Shown here piece after piece: positions 1 to 11,887 of a stretch of 64,000 nt of DNA (position 1 is the first letter of the stretch; each line of letters starts with the position of its first letter). The stretch comes from Truepera sp. (GTDB lineage Bacteria > Deinococcota > Deinococci > Deinococcales > Trueperaceae), in NCBI GenBank assembly GCA_965218435.1, contig CBDCKW010000009.1, positions 2,368,001-2,432,000 on the forward strand. The letters are read 5' to 3'. The notes beneath the pieces are model-generated. The model did no database searches. It worked only from the letters and a program-made list of their open reading frames with translations, and was not told the origin of the DNA. The position numbers and the translations under genes were made by a program.

Positions 1-1424
<1,424 letters not shown>

Positions 1425-1426
1425 TC

Positions 1427-2860
1427 ATGGCACCTCTATGCACGTTCGTGATCTTCGGTATTACCGGCGACCTCGCCGCCCGCAAACTCATGCCTGCGAT
1501 TTTCGAGCTGCATAAACGCGGGGCGCTTCATCCGGAAACGAAGCTGGTGGGGTACTCGAGGCGTGACTGGGACGACGCCAAGCTTCAAGACGAAATTGAA
1601 AAAGCGTTAAAAAAGTTTGCGCCCAAAGCGTTTGACAAAGAGAAGTGGGGCACGCTCGCCCCGCGCTTTTCGTTCGTCTCAGGCGGCTACGACGATGACG
1701 CCGGGTTTGATAAACTGTCTGCTCATCTGAACGAACTCGGCCTCCCTGACCGCATTTTTTACACTTCAACCCCGCCGAGCACCTACGGCGGCATCGTTGA
1801 ACATTTAGGGCGCGCGGGCCTTAACCGCAGTCAGGACCAGGGCGGCGGCTGGGTGCGCTTGGTGATTGAGAAACCGTTCGGTGACGACCTCGAGAGCGCC
1901 CAAGAGCTTAACAAAACCGTGTTGGAAAACTTCGATGAGTCACAGGTTTACCGGATTGACCACTACCTTGCCAAAGAGACGGCACAAAATATCGCAGCGT
2001 TGCGCTTTGCCAACTCGATCTTTGAACCTACCTGGAATTCGCAGTTTGTAGACCACGTACAGATCACGATGGCCGAACCGATGGGCATCGAAGGGCGCGG
2101 CTCGTTTTACGACGAAACCGGCGTGATCCGCGACGTGATACAAAACCACCTGTTGCAGCTCGTGGCGCTCACCGCCACCGAACCCCCGAGCCGTTACGAC
2201 GCGGTGAGCGTCCGCGACGAAAAGGTCAAGGTCTTTCAGGCGATGACGTGCGCCGACCCCGCGTCCGCCGTAATCGGGCAGTACCGGGGCTACAGGGACG
2301 AACCCGACGTCAGCAAGAGTTCACATCAAGGAACCTACGCGGCTTTAGAGCTGAGTATCTCGAACTGGCGTTGGGCCGGAGTGCCGTTTTTTATCCGCAG
2401 CGGCAAAGCCCTCAAGTCCAAATCGAGTGAGATCGTGGTGGTCTATAAACGCCCGCCGCACATTCCTTTTGAACTGCGCAGCCCGGTTAAACCCGACCGC
2501 ATCATCTTACGGCTGCAACCCAATGAAGGCATTAGCCTCCGTTTCGTCGCCAAACGGCCGGGGCAGGGTGTAAGTCTGAGCCGCGCGAGCATGGACTTTT
2601 ATTACGACGAAGAGTTCGACACCAACGGGCGCGACGCCTACGAGACGCTTTTAGAAGACGTGATGCTGGGCGACGCGACGCTCTTTATGCGCGCGGACGA
2701 GGTTGAAGCGCAGTGGCGCATCGTCGAACCCGTCATCAGTAACTGGGAGCACACCTTTGACGACCCCGCCATGTACGAGCGGGGCAGCTGGGGTCCCGAA
2801 GAGGCCGACGCACTGCTGGCCAAAAGTGGCCGTATCTGGAACATCCCCGAAACCGACTAG
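1427..2860 (+). CDS. zwf: Glucose-6-phosphate 1-dehydrogenase
   Basis: [40 protein letters not shown]. Confidence 0.97.
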   Translation: MAPLCTFVIFGITGDLAARKLMPAIFELHKRGALHPETKLVGYSRRDWDDAKLQDEIEKALKKFAPKAFDKEKWGTLAPRFSFVSGGYDDDAGFDKLSAHLNELGLPDRIFYTSTPPSTYGGIVEHLGRAGLNRSQDQGGGWVRLVIEKPFGDDLESAQELNKTVLENFDESQVYRIDHYLAKETAQNIAALRFANSIFEPTWNSQFVDHVQITMAEPMGIEGRGSFYDETGVIRDVIQNHLLQLVALTATEPPSRYDAVSVRDEKVKVFQAMTCADPASAVIGQYRGYRDEPDVSKSSHQGTYAALELSISNWRWAGVPFFIRSGKALKSKSSEIVVVYKRPPHIPFELRSPVKPDRIILRLQPNEGISLRFVAKRPGQGVSLSRASMDFYYDEEFDTNGRDAYETLLEDVMLGDATLFMRADEVEAQWRIVEPVISNWEHTFDDPAMYERGSWGPEEADALLAKSGRIWNIPETD

Positions 2861-2884
2861 GTTAGGGCACATTAGGAGAACCTG

Positions 2885-3106
2885 ATGGACAGACCCAAAC
2901 GCGATTACGACTCACCCGAACAACCCGACCACGAAAACCCCGGTGAGAGCACCGGCGAGTCGTTTGACCGCTCACAACCCGAGATGACCGAAGAAACCCT
3001 GCTAGTTGAAGAACTTAGCGAAACCACAGACCCCGAAGAGCGAGACGAACTCGAGGACGACCTAGAAGAGGTTTCAGACGACGTAGCGGACGAGAACAGC
3101 AAGTAG
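2885..3106 (+). CDS. Small, highly acidic hypothetical protein
   Basis: 73-aa ORF with AGGAG RBS; E/D-rich. Confidence 0.6.
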   Translation: MDRPKRDYDSPEQPDHENPGESTGESFDRSQPEMTEETLLVEELSETTDPEERDELEDDLEEVSDDVADENSK

Positions 3107-3312
3107 TGAAAACAGAGAGTAGTTAGGCACAGCGACTAGGAACGTGGGCGCAACTTCGGCCTACGTTCTGCGTTAGAGTCGTCTTCTCACATATAGCTTT
3201 AACTCACTAAACAGCTTTGTTGAGTGCGCCCGTGCCTTGATGTATATCTAATTGCATCTTTGCAAAAACTTCCAAATTCGCGTCCCTGACGTGCTTTGTG
3301 CTAGCTTAAGGC

Positions 3313-4197
3313 ATGGCAGATATCAGTGTGTTGGGAATTCCTCTTGACTTAGGCGCAGGACGACGCGGCGTTGACATGGGACCGAGCGCACTCCGGCTCG
3401 CTGGTTTAGCAACGAGCCTAAAAACCTTGGGACACACCGTTTTTGATCACGGCAACGTGCAGATGCCGGTCGCTGAGGCGCTGATGAGCAGCAACGGCCT
3501 GCACTACGCCGAGACGATTGCCGAAACGTGCCATCAGGCGTTTTTAGAGCTGACCCGTGTCCCAAAAGACAGTTTTCCTATCGCGTTGGGCGGCGACCAT
3601 TCGGTCTCACTGGGGAGCGTCGCAGGTGTCGCGCAAGCTGGGCACACCGGCGTGATCTGGATTGACGCGCACGCCGACCTCAATACGCCCCGGAGCAGTC
3701 CGAGCGGCAACATCCACGGAATGCCGCTCTCGCACCTGCTAGGACAGGGCGACTCGAGACTCCTTAATATCTGGGGCAGCGGCGCGGTGCTGCGTCCGCA
3801 AGACCTCGTGTTTATCGGCCTGCGGAGCCTCGACCCGTTCGAGCGGGCCTTCATCCGCGAGCACGAGATTCGCGCTTACACCATGAAAGAGATTGACAAA
3901 CGCGGGTTGGCTGTCGTCGCTGAAGAGGCCGTGGAATATCTCTCAGACGTGCCGAGACTGCACGTCTCGTTTGACGCCGACGCGCTCGACCCGACGATTG
4001 CGCCGGGCGTCGGCACCCCCGTACCGGGCGGCCTCAGCTACCGCGAAGCGCACCTCTTGATGGAACTTTTAGCCGATTCGGAAAAGGTGACGAGTTTGGA
4101 TTTGGTTGAGGTCAACCCTGTGCTAGACGTGAAAAATACGACGGGCCGAATTATGGTCGAGATGGCCGCGTCGCTGCTGGGGAAGGCGATTTTGTAA
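3313..4197 (+). CDS. rocF: Arginase
   Basis: GGDHS, DAHADLNT, SGNIHGMP, SFDADALDP, GTPVPGG, EVNP motifs. Confidence 0.95.
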   Translation: MADISVLGIPLDLGAGRRGVDMGPSALRLAGLATSLKTLGHTVFDHGNVQMPVAEALMSSNGLHYAETIAETCHQAFLELTRVPKDSFPIALGGDHSVSLGSVAGVAQAGHTGVIWIDAHADLNTPRSSPSGNIHGMPLSHLLGQGDSRLLNIWGSGAVLRPQDLVFIGLRSLDPFERAFIREHEIRAYTMKEIDKRGLAVVAEEAVEYLSDVPRLHVSFDADALDPTIAPGVGTPVPGGLSYREAHLLMELLADSEKVTSLDLVEVNPVLDVKNTTGRIMVEMAASLLGKAIL

Positions 4198-4245
4198 AGA
4201 GTCTTGTCTTGTACACACGTTTTTAGGGTGATAGAGTGGCCTCTA

Positions 4246-5106
4246 GTGTTTGAAGGTTTCAAGCTCGAGATGGTTGAGCTACCCGGCGCTACCTTACGGG
4301 TGCGGCATGGCGGTTCGGGCTCACCTGTTCTACTCCTCCATGGGCATCCGCGAACGCACACGACCTGGCACTGTGTCGCCCCCATCCTCGCACAAAACCA
4401 TACCGTCGTGTGCCCTGACCTGCGCGGTTTCGGCGGCTCGTCAAAGCCTGCCGATTCTCCCTATCATGAGGGTTCTTCAAAACGTGCCAAGGCAAACGAT
4501 GGGATCGCCCTGATGCGGCAGTTGGGTTATGAACGCTTTGCAGTTGTTGGTCATGACCGGGGTGCTTACACTGCGTTTCGCATGGCCTTAGACCACCCGA
4601 GACAGGTCAGCCAACTTGTCATCTTAGACGCTGTACCTATCCTCGAGGCGCTCGAGCGTTGTGACGCGAAGTTCGCTACTTTGTGGTGGCACTGGTTTTT
4701 CTTCGGTCAAGCCGAAAAACCTGAGCAGGCAATCCTTGCCGACCCCGACAGATGGTACGGCGCAGATGCAGCAAAAGCGTCTATGGCACAAGACGCCTTC
4801 GACGACTTTTACAAAGCCATCAACGACCCTGCGACCGTTCACACCATGATTGAGGACTACCGTGCCGGACTTAGCATTGACCGGTTTCACGATGAAGCAG
4901 ACCGCGCAGCAGGGCGACAGGTTACTTGTCCGACGCTCGTCGGCTGGTCACTCAAAGATGATCTCGAGGAACTGTACGGAGATGTGCTAGACGTATGGAA
5001 ACCCTGGGCAAGCAACTTACAAGGCTTTTCGATGAACTGCGGTCATCACATGGCTGAAGAAGCGCCGGAGGAACTGGCTGAACACCTCACGTCATTTCTT
5101 GACTAG
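4246..5106 (+). CDS. Alpha/beta hydrolase, fluoroacetate dehalogenase/epoxide hydrolase-like
   Basis: LLHGHP, DLRGFG, GHDRG nucleophile motif, WWHWFF, GHHMAEE; GTG at 4246 preferred over the 4204 ORF start. Confidence 0.85.
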   Translation: MFEGFKLEMVELPGATLRVRHGGSGSPVLLLHGHPRTHTTWHCVAPILAQNHTVVCPDLRGFGGSSKPADSPYHEGSSKRAKANDGIALMRQLGYERFAVVGHDRGAYTAFRMALDHPRQVSQLVILDAVPILEALERCDAKFATLWWHWFFFGQAEKPEQAILADPDRWYGADAAKASMAQDAFDDFYKAINDPATVHTMIEDYRAGLSIDRFHDEADRAAGRQVTCPTLVGWSLKDDLEELYGDVLDVWKPWASNLQGFSMNCGHHMAEEAPEELAEHLTSFLD

Positions 5107-5124
5107 CAACGTTTCATCTTGTCT

Positions 5125-5544
5125 TTACGCATCCCGAGCCAAAGGATGCTTAGGTGTAAACTCTAATAAATCCCAAAGGTTGCCGTAGAGGTCTTTGAAG
5201 ACTGCCACCGTACCGTACTCCGCCTGTTTGGGTTCACGGATAAACTCGATACCTTGCGAAACCATCTCATGATAGTCGCGCCAAAAGTCATCGGTGCGGA
5301 GAAATAAAAAGACTCGGCCGCCGGACTGGTTACCGACAAACGCCTCTTGTTCCGGAGTGGAGGCTCGAGCTAGCAGCAGATTCGTGCCAGCTGAACCGGG
5401 CGGCGACACGACAACCCAGCGTTTATCTTGCTCAGCTTGGTAGGTGTCTTCTAATAGCGTGAAGTGGAGCTTTCGGGTATAAAACTCGAGTGCCTCGTCG
5501 TAATCTCGGACGACCAGCGCGACGTGGACGATAGCCTGTTCCAT
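5125..5544 (-). CDS. VOC (glyoxalase/bleomycin resistance) family protein
   Basis: HVALVVRDYDEA...YGTVAVFKDLYGNLWDL. Confidence 0.9.
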   Translation of the reverse strand: MEQAIVHVALVVRDYDEALEFYTRKLHFTLLEDTYQAEQDKRWVVVSPPGSAGTNLLLARASTPEQEAFVGNQSGGRVFLFLRTDDFWRDYHEMVSQGIEFIREPKQAEYGTVAVFKDLYGNLWDLLEFTPKHPLARDA

Positions 5545-5548
5545 CCAG

Positions 5549-6445
5549 CTAGTCTGTACTCAGCCCGTAACTCGACAAGTCGTACGCGTTCAACACCTGT
5601 TTAAGCCGGGGGATGTAACGCTCTAAAGCTGCGTCTCCGGCGGTCATCGCCACTTCCGCGCCGCGAAAGTTAAACCAGCTGATGGGCGGCTGCGTGTGGA
5701 CGTAGAGCGCCTCATCGGATAAGATTTGCGGCGTCTGCCACGCAGTCATGGTGTGTGCGAGCGAGCGCCCGAGTTGCCGCATCGGATGTGCGCCGGGGTG
5801 GTCACGCAGAGTTTTGTGAACACGTTGCCCCATTCGGGTCGTGAGCCACCGCTGTGCAAAACGGATCGCGCCTGAGTCGGCCTCTTCTAACCCGGCCCCA
5901 ATCCCGAGCGCCACGTCGAGGTCAAACCCCTCGAGCGTCGCTAACGGTAGCGGTGACCCGAGGCCGCCATCCACCAAAAACTTACCGTCCAGCTCAACGG
6001 GTGAAAAAACGCCCGGCATCGAGGCGCTGGCACGGAGGGCGCGGGCTAGTGGCCCGGTGGTAAGGTCAACGCGTTCGCCCGTCGCTAGGTCGGTGGCTAC
6101 CACCACGAGCGTACGCTCGAGGTCGCTAAAGCTGCGCCCTTCGACGAGTTCGTCCAGGTAGGTCTCGAGCTTATCTCCCGAAAAAAGGGCCGCTTTGTGC
6201 AGCCCGAAGTCGAGCACTCTGGAAAGGTCGCGCCAACGCATACTGTTGGCTGTTTGCGCGATCTCTTGCGGCGTCAGACCCGACGCGTAAAGCGCACCGA
6301 CGATGGCCCCAAAACTCGTCCCGACGACTAGGCTAGGCGCGAAGCCGTGACGCTCTAAAGCCGAGAGCGCACCGATGTGGGCAAAGCCTCGAGCACTCCC
6401 GCCACCTAACGCCACGCCGATTTTTGGGGGAGCTGAGACCGTCAT
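5549..6445 (-). CDS. Patatin-like phospholipase
   Basis: GGGSARGFAHIG, GTSFG, DGG motifs. Confidence 0.92.
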   Translation of the reverse strand: MTVSAPPKIGVALGGGSARGFAHIGALSALERHGFAPSLVVGTSFGAIVGALYASGLTPQEIAQTANSMRWRDLSRVLDFGLHKAALFSGDKLETYLDELVEGRSFSDLERTLVVVATDLATGERVDLTTGPLARALRASASMPGVFSPVELDGKFLVDGGLGSPLPLATLEGFDLDVALGIGAGLEEADSGAIRFAQRWLTTRMGQRVHKTLRDHPGAHPMRQLGRSLAHTMTAWQTPQILSDEALYVHTQPPISWFNFRGAEVAMTAGDAALERYIPRLKQVLNAYDLSSYGLSTD

Positions 6446-6522
6446 GTTCAGCTAGTATAGCCCCCGTTCCTTATAATCGCCTGTGTAGTACTCGGCTTCT
6501 GCCGTAAAGTACCTAACCCTTT

Positions 6523-7389
6523 ATGACTGACGACACCCTGACCCTCCTCGTCATGCACTACCGTACCCCGGACGTGCTAAGGGCGTGCCTAGAAAAACTC
6601 GCTGCTTTTGCCCCTAACGCACGCGTGATCGTGCTCGACAGCAGTCCGCCGGACGAAACGCCCTGCACTGCGACCGAGCTCTTAAAAGTTCCCAATCACA
6701 GTTTCGCTTACATGGTCAACTACGGCCTCAAACTTGTAACGACACCCTACGCCGCACATCTGAACGCGGACGTATTTACCGAGCCGGAGACGTTGCCGCA
6801 ACTTTTAGCGGCGGTGCAGCAACCGGGCGTCGGGATGGTCGGGCCGACGGTTAGAACCCCGGACGGTAAGCTGCAAAACCAAGGATTTCCTTACCGCCGA
6901 CATTACCGGAGGCTAAACCGCAGCACCCAAGCTGTCTCGGTGCCGTGGCTTTCAGGCTGTTTGCAACTCGTGCGTATGGAGGCTGTTGCCGCTGTGGGCG
7001 GGATGGACGCCTCGCTGCGGTTCTACAACGAAGACATGGAGTGGTGTTTCCGGTTTCAGCGCACAGGCTGGGCGTGTCATTTGGTCAAGACCGAAGTCTT
7101 ACACCTTGGCGGCAGCTCTACGCCCAAAGACCTGCGGTTTACCCTCGAGGGCTACCGGGGCGGGTACAAACTCTCGCAGCGGTATCACGGCGCGGTTTAT
7201 CAGGGTTTACACCGGGGCGTGGTGAGGGCGCAGAGTGCTTGGGACAAGCGGTTTAGCCGTGACCCGGTGCAGCAGCAAGCAGCAGCGCAAATCAGTGAGA
7301 TGTTTCGGTCAGGTGAGTTCGATGAAAGTCCGTTCGGAGAAATACTGACGGATAGTAACCCTCGGTTTTTAACGAGCCCGATAAGATAA
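6523..7389 (+). CDS. Glycosyltransferase family 2
   Basis: LNAD, WLSGCLQL, FYNEDMEWC, HLGGSS pattern typical of GT2 (WbbL-like). Confidence 0.85.
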   Translation: MTDDTLTLLVMHYRTPDVLRACLEKLAAFAPNARVIVLDSSPPDETPCTATELLKVPNHSFAYMVNYGLKLVTTPYAAHLNADVFTEPETLPQLLAAVQQPGVGMVGPTVRTPDGKLQNQGFPYRRHYRRLNRSTQAVSVPWLSGCLQLVRMEAVAAVGGMDASLRFYNEDMEWCFRFQRTGWACHLVKTEVLHLGGSSTPKDLRFTLEGYRGGYKLSQRYHGAVYQGLHRGVVRAQSAWDKRFSRDPVQQQAAAQISEMFRSGEFDESPFGEILTDSNPRFLTSPIR

Positions 7390-7468
7390 ACAAAGTCTCT
7401 CCCACTACATAAACATAGAAGAGACACGGACAATTTAGCAATTTATAGACCTATAGGGAAGCTCAAGG

Positions 7469-7996
7469 TTATTGAAATGAAATGCTAACCGAATCACCCG
7501 AATCAGTATTGGGAGCTAATTCTCTTTCGGGCTCGTAGTATACAAAAGGGTAAAGGACTACATTATCAGCTTCATCCAGCGTAAAGGAAAAAGAATGCTC
7601 AAATGTTCGTTTTTCCCCACGTCTTAACACTATATCGGGGAACTTCTCAAAGTAGGTTGAGCCGTTCAGTAAGCGGTACTTAGCAGACAAGGCGTTATTG
7701 ATAGGCTTGCAAAAGCCTTCTGGGTTAATAAAACTTCTATCCGCACCCATACCCTCGGTGAAACACGCTCCGATGCTGACTGAGAGAGGTACCTCCGCAA
7801 ATGTGCTTCTTGCGTCTACCTCGAGCGTTGCTCCTAGGGTAACAACTACCTCGTCACCAATTTTGGCCTGTTTAGGTTGCGACGTTATAGTTACGGGATT
7901 AACATCAATTCGGTCGTTAATCGCAGCTAACTCGTTAGTACAGGCACTGAGCAGCGGCACAAACGCCAAGAGCAGTGGTAATAATTTCGCTTTCAT
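7469..7996 (-). CDS. Hypothetical lipoprotein, AT-richer than its neighbours
   Basis: Signal peptide with lipobox LLSAC; no family recognised. Confidence 0.7.
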   Translation of the reverse strand: MKAKLLPLLLAFVPLLSACTNELAAINDRIDVNPVTITSQPKQAKIGDEVVVTLGATLEVDARSTFAEVPLSVSIGACFTEGMGADRSFINPEGFCKPINNALSAKYRLLNGSTYFEKFPDIVLRRGEKRTFEHSFSFTLDEADNVVLYPFVYYEPERELAPNTDSGDSVSISFQ

Positions 7997-8070
7997 AGCA
8001 GTAGCCTTTCTAAAGCTAGATTTTATTAAGCTAGGTTGTCATAAAGCTCTACCGTCTGGCAAACGATTCC

Positions 8071-8991
8071 TTAACGCAGCGGCACACTAAAGCCAAACTC
8101 ATTGCCAGCCTCGAGCGGCCTGCCCCACGCTTCCCCGCCCCAACGGTTGGCTATCGAGCGGACGATGTAGAGCCCTAGCCCCGTCCCCTTGACCTTGACG
8201 CCGCGCCCCCTCGAGTGCGGTTCAAAAAGCCCTTCAATGGTCTTTTCCGGGAGCGGCTGCCCTTCATCCCGGACTGAGACGCGGACCCACGCGCCCTGCA
8301 TGTCAGCGCGTAAAAAGATCGTTTTGTCGTCGGGACCGTGAACGGCGGCGTTCTCGAGCAGGTTGATTAAAACTTGCAAAAGTTTGTCCGCGTCGGCTAA
8401 GACAGTAAAGGGCGGGACGTCGCACTCGAGCTTCACTTTATGCTCTAAAAAGGTGTCGTGCAAAAGTGCGAGTGCCCGTGAGACAACCTCACGGAGCGCC
8501 AACGAGCGGAGTTTGGGTGGCCGCACGTCTACCGTCAGGTCGTTTAAGAGCCGGACCAACCGCTCGGTTTCGGCTTCAGCGCGACCTAAAAAGCGTTCGC
8601 GCTGCGTTTCCTCGAGCGGATAACGCAGCGCCTCCAAGGTTGAGCGAATGGTCGTCGTGGGCGTTCTAAGCTCGTGCGACAACACCGCCAAAAGTTCGCG
8701 GGCACTCTCCTGGGCGCGGCGCGTCTCGCTCAGGTCATGAAGAATCAAGCACTCGGGTGTGGCCGAAGCGCGTAAGATGCGGCCTCGAGTCTCTATTTCG
8801 CTACTCTGACCGGTTAAAAAGACGGCCTCGAGCCGGTGGTCACGCAAGACGCTGATCAGCGGCGCACCCCTTACGCCTTCGGGTTCTACTTCTAAAAACC
8901 GCCCCGCTGCCGCGTTGAGCCGCACCACCCGGTCGCCCTGTACAATGAGGATACCTTCAGCTAACTCGTCAAAGTAAGGCGGGACGGACAC
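8071..8991 (-). CDS. phoR: PhoR-like sensor histidine kinase without an obvious transmembrane segment
   Basis: SHELRTP H-box, NLLENA N-box, GTGLGL G-box; follows an OmpR-type regulator, near phoU; GTG at 8991 preferred. Confidence 0.75.
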   Translation of the reverse strand: MSVPPYFDELAEGILIVQGDRVVRLNAAAGRFLEVEPEGVRGAPLISVLRDHRLEAVFLTGQSSEIETRGRILRASATPECLILHDLSETRRAQESARELLAVLSHELRTPTTTIRSTLEALRYPLEETQRERFLGRAEAETERLVRLLNDLTVDVRPPKLRSLALREVVSRALALLHDTFLEHKVKLECDVPPFTVLADADKLLQVLINLLENAAVHGPDDKTIFLRADMQGAWVRVSVRDEGQPLPEKTIEGLFEPHSRGRGVKVKGTGLGLYIVRSIANRWGGEAWGRPLEAGNEFGFSVPLR

Positions 8992-8992
8992 C

Positions 8993-9655
8993 TTACTCCG
9001 GCCCTTTGAGGCGGTAACCCCGGCCCCGTACGGTTTCAATCAGGTCGGCTGATAGCAGTGCCCGGAGCTGCGCGACGTGCTGGTCAACGGTGCGCTCAGT
9101 CCCCAAAAAGTCTTCACCCCATACCCGGTCTAAAAGTTCGGTACGCGAAAACACGCGCCCCGGCGACGCACATAAAAAAGCCAACAGCTCAAACTCGCGC
9201 CGCGTTAGGGTCAAAGGACGGCCCTTATAGCTGGCACTTCCCTGACGTTCGTCTAACGTAAGTGCTCCCACCTTATGCACGCGGGCGGGCTCGGTGCGCC
9301 GCAAAAGTGCCCGGAGCCGCGCCACGAGTTCGGCTACCGAAAACGGTTTGACGAGGTAATCGTCCGCACCTGAGTTGAGACCCTGCACCTTGTCGGTCTC
9401 ACTGGCGCGGGCAGTGAGCATCAACACGGGTTGGCCTTCACCCTTCGTGGTTTGCCGCAAACGTTGCAACCAGTCCACGCCGGAGCCGTCCGGGAGCATC
9501 CAGTCGAGCACCACGGCGTCGGCTTCAGAGACGTGCTTCCAAGCCTCCTCGAGCGTTTCGGCCTCAGTGACCCGAAAGCCTGCCTGCGTCAGGTGAAACG
9601 AGAGCAGTTCACGCACCGCCAGTTCGTCTTCAATGACTAGGATGTGTGCGCTCAC
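8993..9655 (-). CDS. phoB: PhoB-like OmpR-family response regulator
   Basis: LDWMLP, GADDYLVKPF, winged helix ERTVDQHV...ETVRGRGY; near phoU. Confidence 0.8.
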   Translation of the reverse strand: MSAHILVIEDELAVRELLSFHLTQAGFRVTEAETLEEAWKHVSEADAVVLDWMLPDGSGVDWLQRLRQTTKGEGQPVLMLTARASETDKVQGLNSGADDYLVKPFSVAELVARLRALLRRTEPARVHKVGALTLDERQGSASYKGRPLTLTRREFELLAFLCASPGRVFSRTELLDRVWGEDFLGTERTVDQHVAQLRALLSADLIETVRGRGYRLKGPE

Positions 9656-9724
9656 GACATCTGCACTTCGGTAAGACTCGCCACGATACGCCGGTACTTC
9701 ACAAGCTGATTCTAGCTACCTGTT

Positions 9725-9743
9725 TGTCAGAGTGCCGTCAGCT
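9725..9743 (-). promoter_or_regulatory. Putative Pho-box-like direct repeat upstream of phoB
   Basis: Minus strand AGCTGACG-gcact-CTGACA (11-bp period), followed 10 nt later by TAGAAT; same motif precedes phoU. Confidence 0.65.
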
Positions 9744-9760
9744 GGGTCTATACTCGGTGC

Positions 9761-10250
9761 ATGTCTTTGGGTCGCAATCTAAGTAGCGAGCCGCTTCCCG
9801 GTTACCTAGAGGTTATCGGCCTCGAGTTGTGGCGGTTAGCAGATGCTCGTGACCGCACCCTCAACGCTGTTGGGAATTGACGCAAGCTCAGCTCGAGACC
9901 TAAACACCCAGCGGCAACACCATCAGCACGCTGTACCATCTCGCCGCCACCGAAACCGATTGGTTCTGCGCCGAATTACAAGAGGATTTTTCGGAAGATA
10001 TTTCGGCGTATTTCCAGCCGATGTCCGGGATGAAGACACCTCAGCTGGGTTACGGGAGAGAGCCTCGAGACCCATTTGGCACGGCTCGAGTTCGTCCGAG
10101 CACAGTTGCCGGAACGCTTTACGGGCATAGACGAAACCGAATACCGGCGGCTCGGGCACCTGCGGATTACGACGTTTCACCGCAGTAGGTGGTGCATCAC
10201 CTCGCGCAGCACGAAGCCCTGCACCGGGGGCAGCTTTTAGCTGCCCTTAA
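9761..10250 (+). pseudogene. Decayed DinB-superfamily gene
   Basis: ATG 9761 preceded by TATACT; fragments in different frames (LWRLADARDRTL / SGNTISTLYHLAATETDW / ESLETHLARLEFVR) separated by stops and frameshifts; end approximate. Confidence 0.6.
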
Positions 10251-10257
10251 CGCTGAC

Positions 10258-10276
10258 AGCTGACGCTCTCCTGACA
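10258..10276 (+). promoter_or_regulatory. Putative Pho-box-like direct repeat upstream of phoU
   Basis: AGCTGACG-ctctc-CTGACA (11-bp period), then CATAGT 9 nt later and ATG 6 nt after that. Confidence 0.65.
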
Positions 10277-10297
10277 GCCTCCTCTCATAGTTGAGAA

Positions 10298-10966
10298 ATG
10301 TTACGCTCTGAGCCTATGACTGCGCTTGACCACAACTTGCAAGAGATCACCGCGTCGGTGGTGCGGATGCTTTCTCTCGTCCGCGAATCGGTCGGCCTCG
10401 CCAAACGCGCCCTGATCGACGCCGAACCGGGAGCCGCCGAGCTGTGCGCCGAAAATGACCTCAAGATAGACGCGCTCGAGGCTGACATTGACCAGACTAT
10501 CCTGACCGTGATCGCCCGCCGCCAACCTGCCGCGTCGGACTTACGCCAGTTAGGGGCGCTGCACCGCACCTTAGCCGAAATCGAACGCGCCGGGGACAAC
10601 GCCCGCCACGTCGCCCGCGTCGGCGCAGAACTCGCTGAAAAACCACCGATCAAAAAATATGTGGACACCGAACGCATCTTTGAAATCCTCAACGTGATGA
10701 TTGAAACGACTATTCGGGCGATTGCTGAGGGAGACGTTAAAGCGGCTCAGCTCGCCCTCAGCATGGACGACGAGATTGACGACTTGTACGAGCAGATTCA
10801 GCGCGAGTTACTCACCTATATGATGGAGAATCCCAAGATCATCTCGCAGGCGACCAAACTTCTCAGCATGGCGCGGTACTTAGAACGCGTCGGCGACCAC
10901 TTTGAAAACGTCAATGAACACGCGATTTACTGGCTGACCGGCGAGCGGGTTATCAAGGTGGGCTGA
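10298..10966 (+). CDS. phoU: Phosphate transport system regulator PhoU
   Basis: ARRQPAASDLR, IERAGDNA, DDEIDDLY, LERVGDH: two PhoU repeats. Confidence 0.95.
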   Translation: MLRSEPMTALDHNLQEITASVVRMLSLVRESVGLAKRALIDAEPGAAELCAENDLKIDALEADIDQTILTVIARRQPAASDLRQLGALHRTLAEIERAGDNARHVARVGAELAEKPPIKKYVDTERIFEILNVMIETTIRAIAEGDVKAAQLALSMDDEIDDLYEQIQRELLTYMMENPKIISQATKLLSMARYLERVGDHFENVNEHAIYWLTGERVIKVG

Positions 10967-11061
10967 GCCCCCATAAAATTCACCCGTAAGACTTTTACGG
11001 GGGCGTAAAACCCTTGTGCAGAACTCGGCCACCGTAAACATGAGCGTGCTAGGCTGTTCGG

Positions 11062-11865
11062 GTGAGAGTTGGGCGAAAGACCGAACGCTTTAGCGACTTC
11101 GGCGAACGGCCTTACTACTTGGAGGCGCTGCGCTTCGCGGCGCTACAGTTTTCTTTATTTTCGCTATGTCTAGTCCTGAGCTTCTCGAGCACCCTGCTGC
11201 TAGCTCAGATTGACGTTGCCGGACAAGCTCGAGCAGCCCTGAGAAACGGGAGTCGCCAAGTTTTGCTGCTGGCGCTTGGGCCGCCCCGCGTCGGCATTCA
11301 GATCGGGCATGACGGCGCTGCCGAGCAGCCCAGTGAACTCGCACATTTGCGCTTTAATACCGGTGGGTTTGCGGGCGGACTCAGTGAACTTGCGGTTAAC
11401 CGCAGCGTGGCTAAAGCGTTAAAGGGGGTGTTGGAGGCCGAGGGCGTTACCGTTGACCTGCTCCGGGCAACGCCGCCGGTAAGTTATCACGCCGACCTGC
11501 TCTTGGCCGTTCACGCCGACAGCGTGTCAGACCCTGCACGAACCGGCTACAAATCGGCCTATTTCGACCCACCCCGGAGCGGGCTCGAGCCTGAACTTAA
11601 AGCCCTGGTAGATGCCAACTATCTGCAGGCAACCGGCCTCCCGGATGACGCTGCAAACACCACTGACGCGATGCGCCACTACTACGCCTTTAATTTTCGG
11701 GGCTACCACCACACCGTTCACCCGGCGACGCCCGCACTGATTGTCGAACTCGGGTATCTGAGTAACCCGGTAGACGCCACCTTGTTACGTGAACCGGACG
11801 TTTTGGCGGACGCGCTTGCAGAGGGCGTTATAAACTTTTTGGAACAGCGGAATCGGTTGCCCTAA
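11062..11865 (+). CDS. N-acetylmuramoyl-L-alanine amidase (Amidase_3-like)
   Basis: IQIGH, E in LSELAVN, LAVHAD, PALIVELGYLSN; N-terminal hydrophobic segment. Confidence 0.85.
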   Translation: MRVGRKTERFSDFGERPYYLEALRFAALQFSLFSLCLVLSFSSTLLLAQIDVAGQARAALRNGSRQVLLLALGPPRVGIQIGHDGAAEQPSELAHLRFNTGGFAGGLSELAVNRSVAKALKGVLEAEGVTVDLLRATPPVSYHADLLLAVHADSVSDPARTGYKSAYFDPPRSGLEPELKALVDANYLQATGLPDDAANTTDAMRHYYAFNFRGYHHTVHPATPALIVELGYLSNPVDATLLREPDVLADALAEGVINFLEQRNRLP

Positions 11866-11887
11866 ACCGAGTTATCTAATTTTGCAG

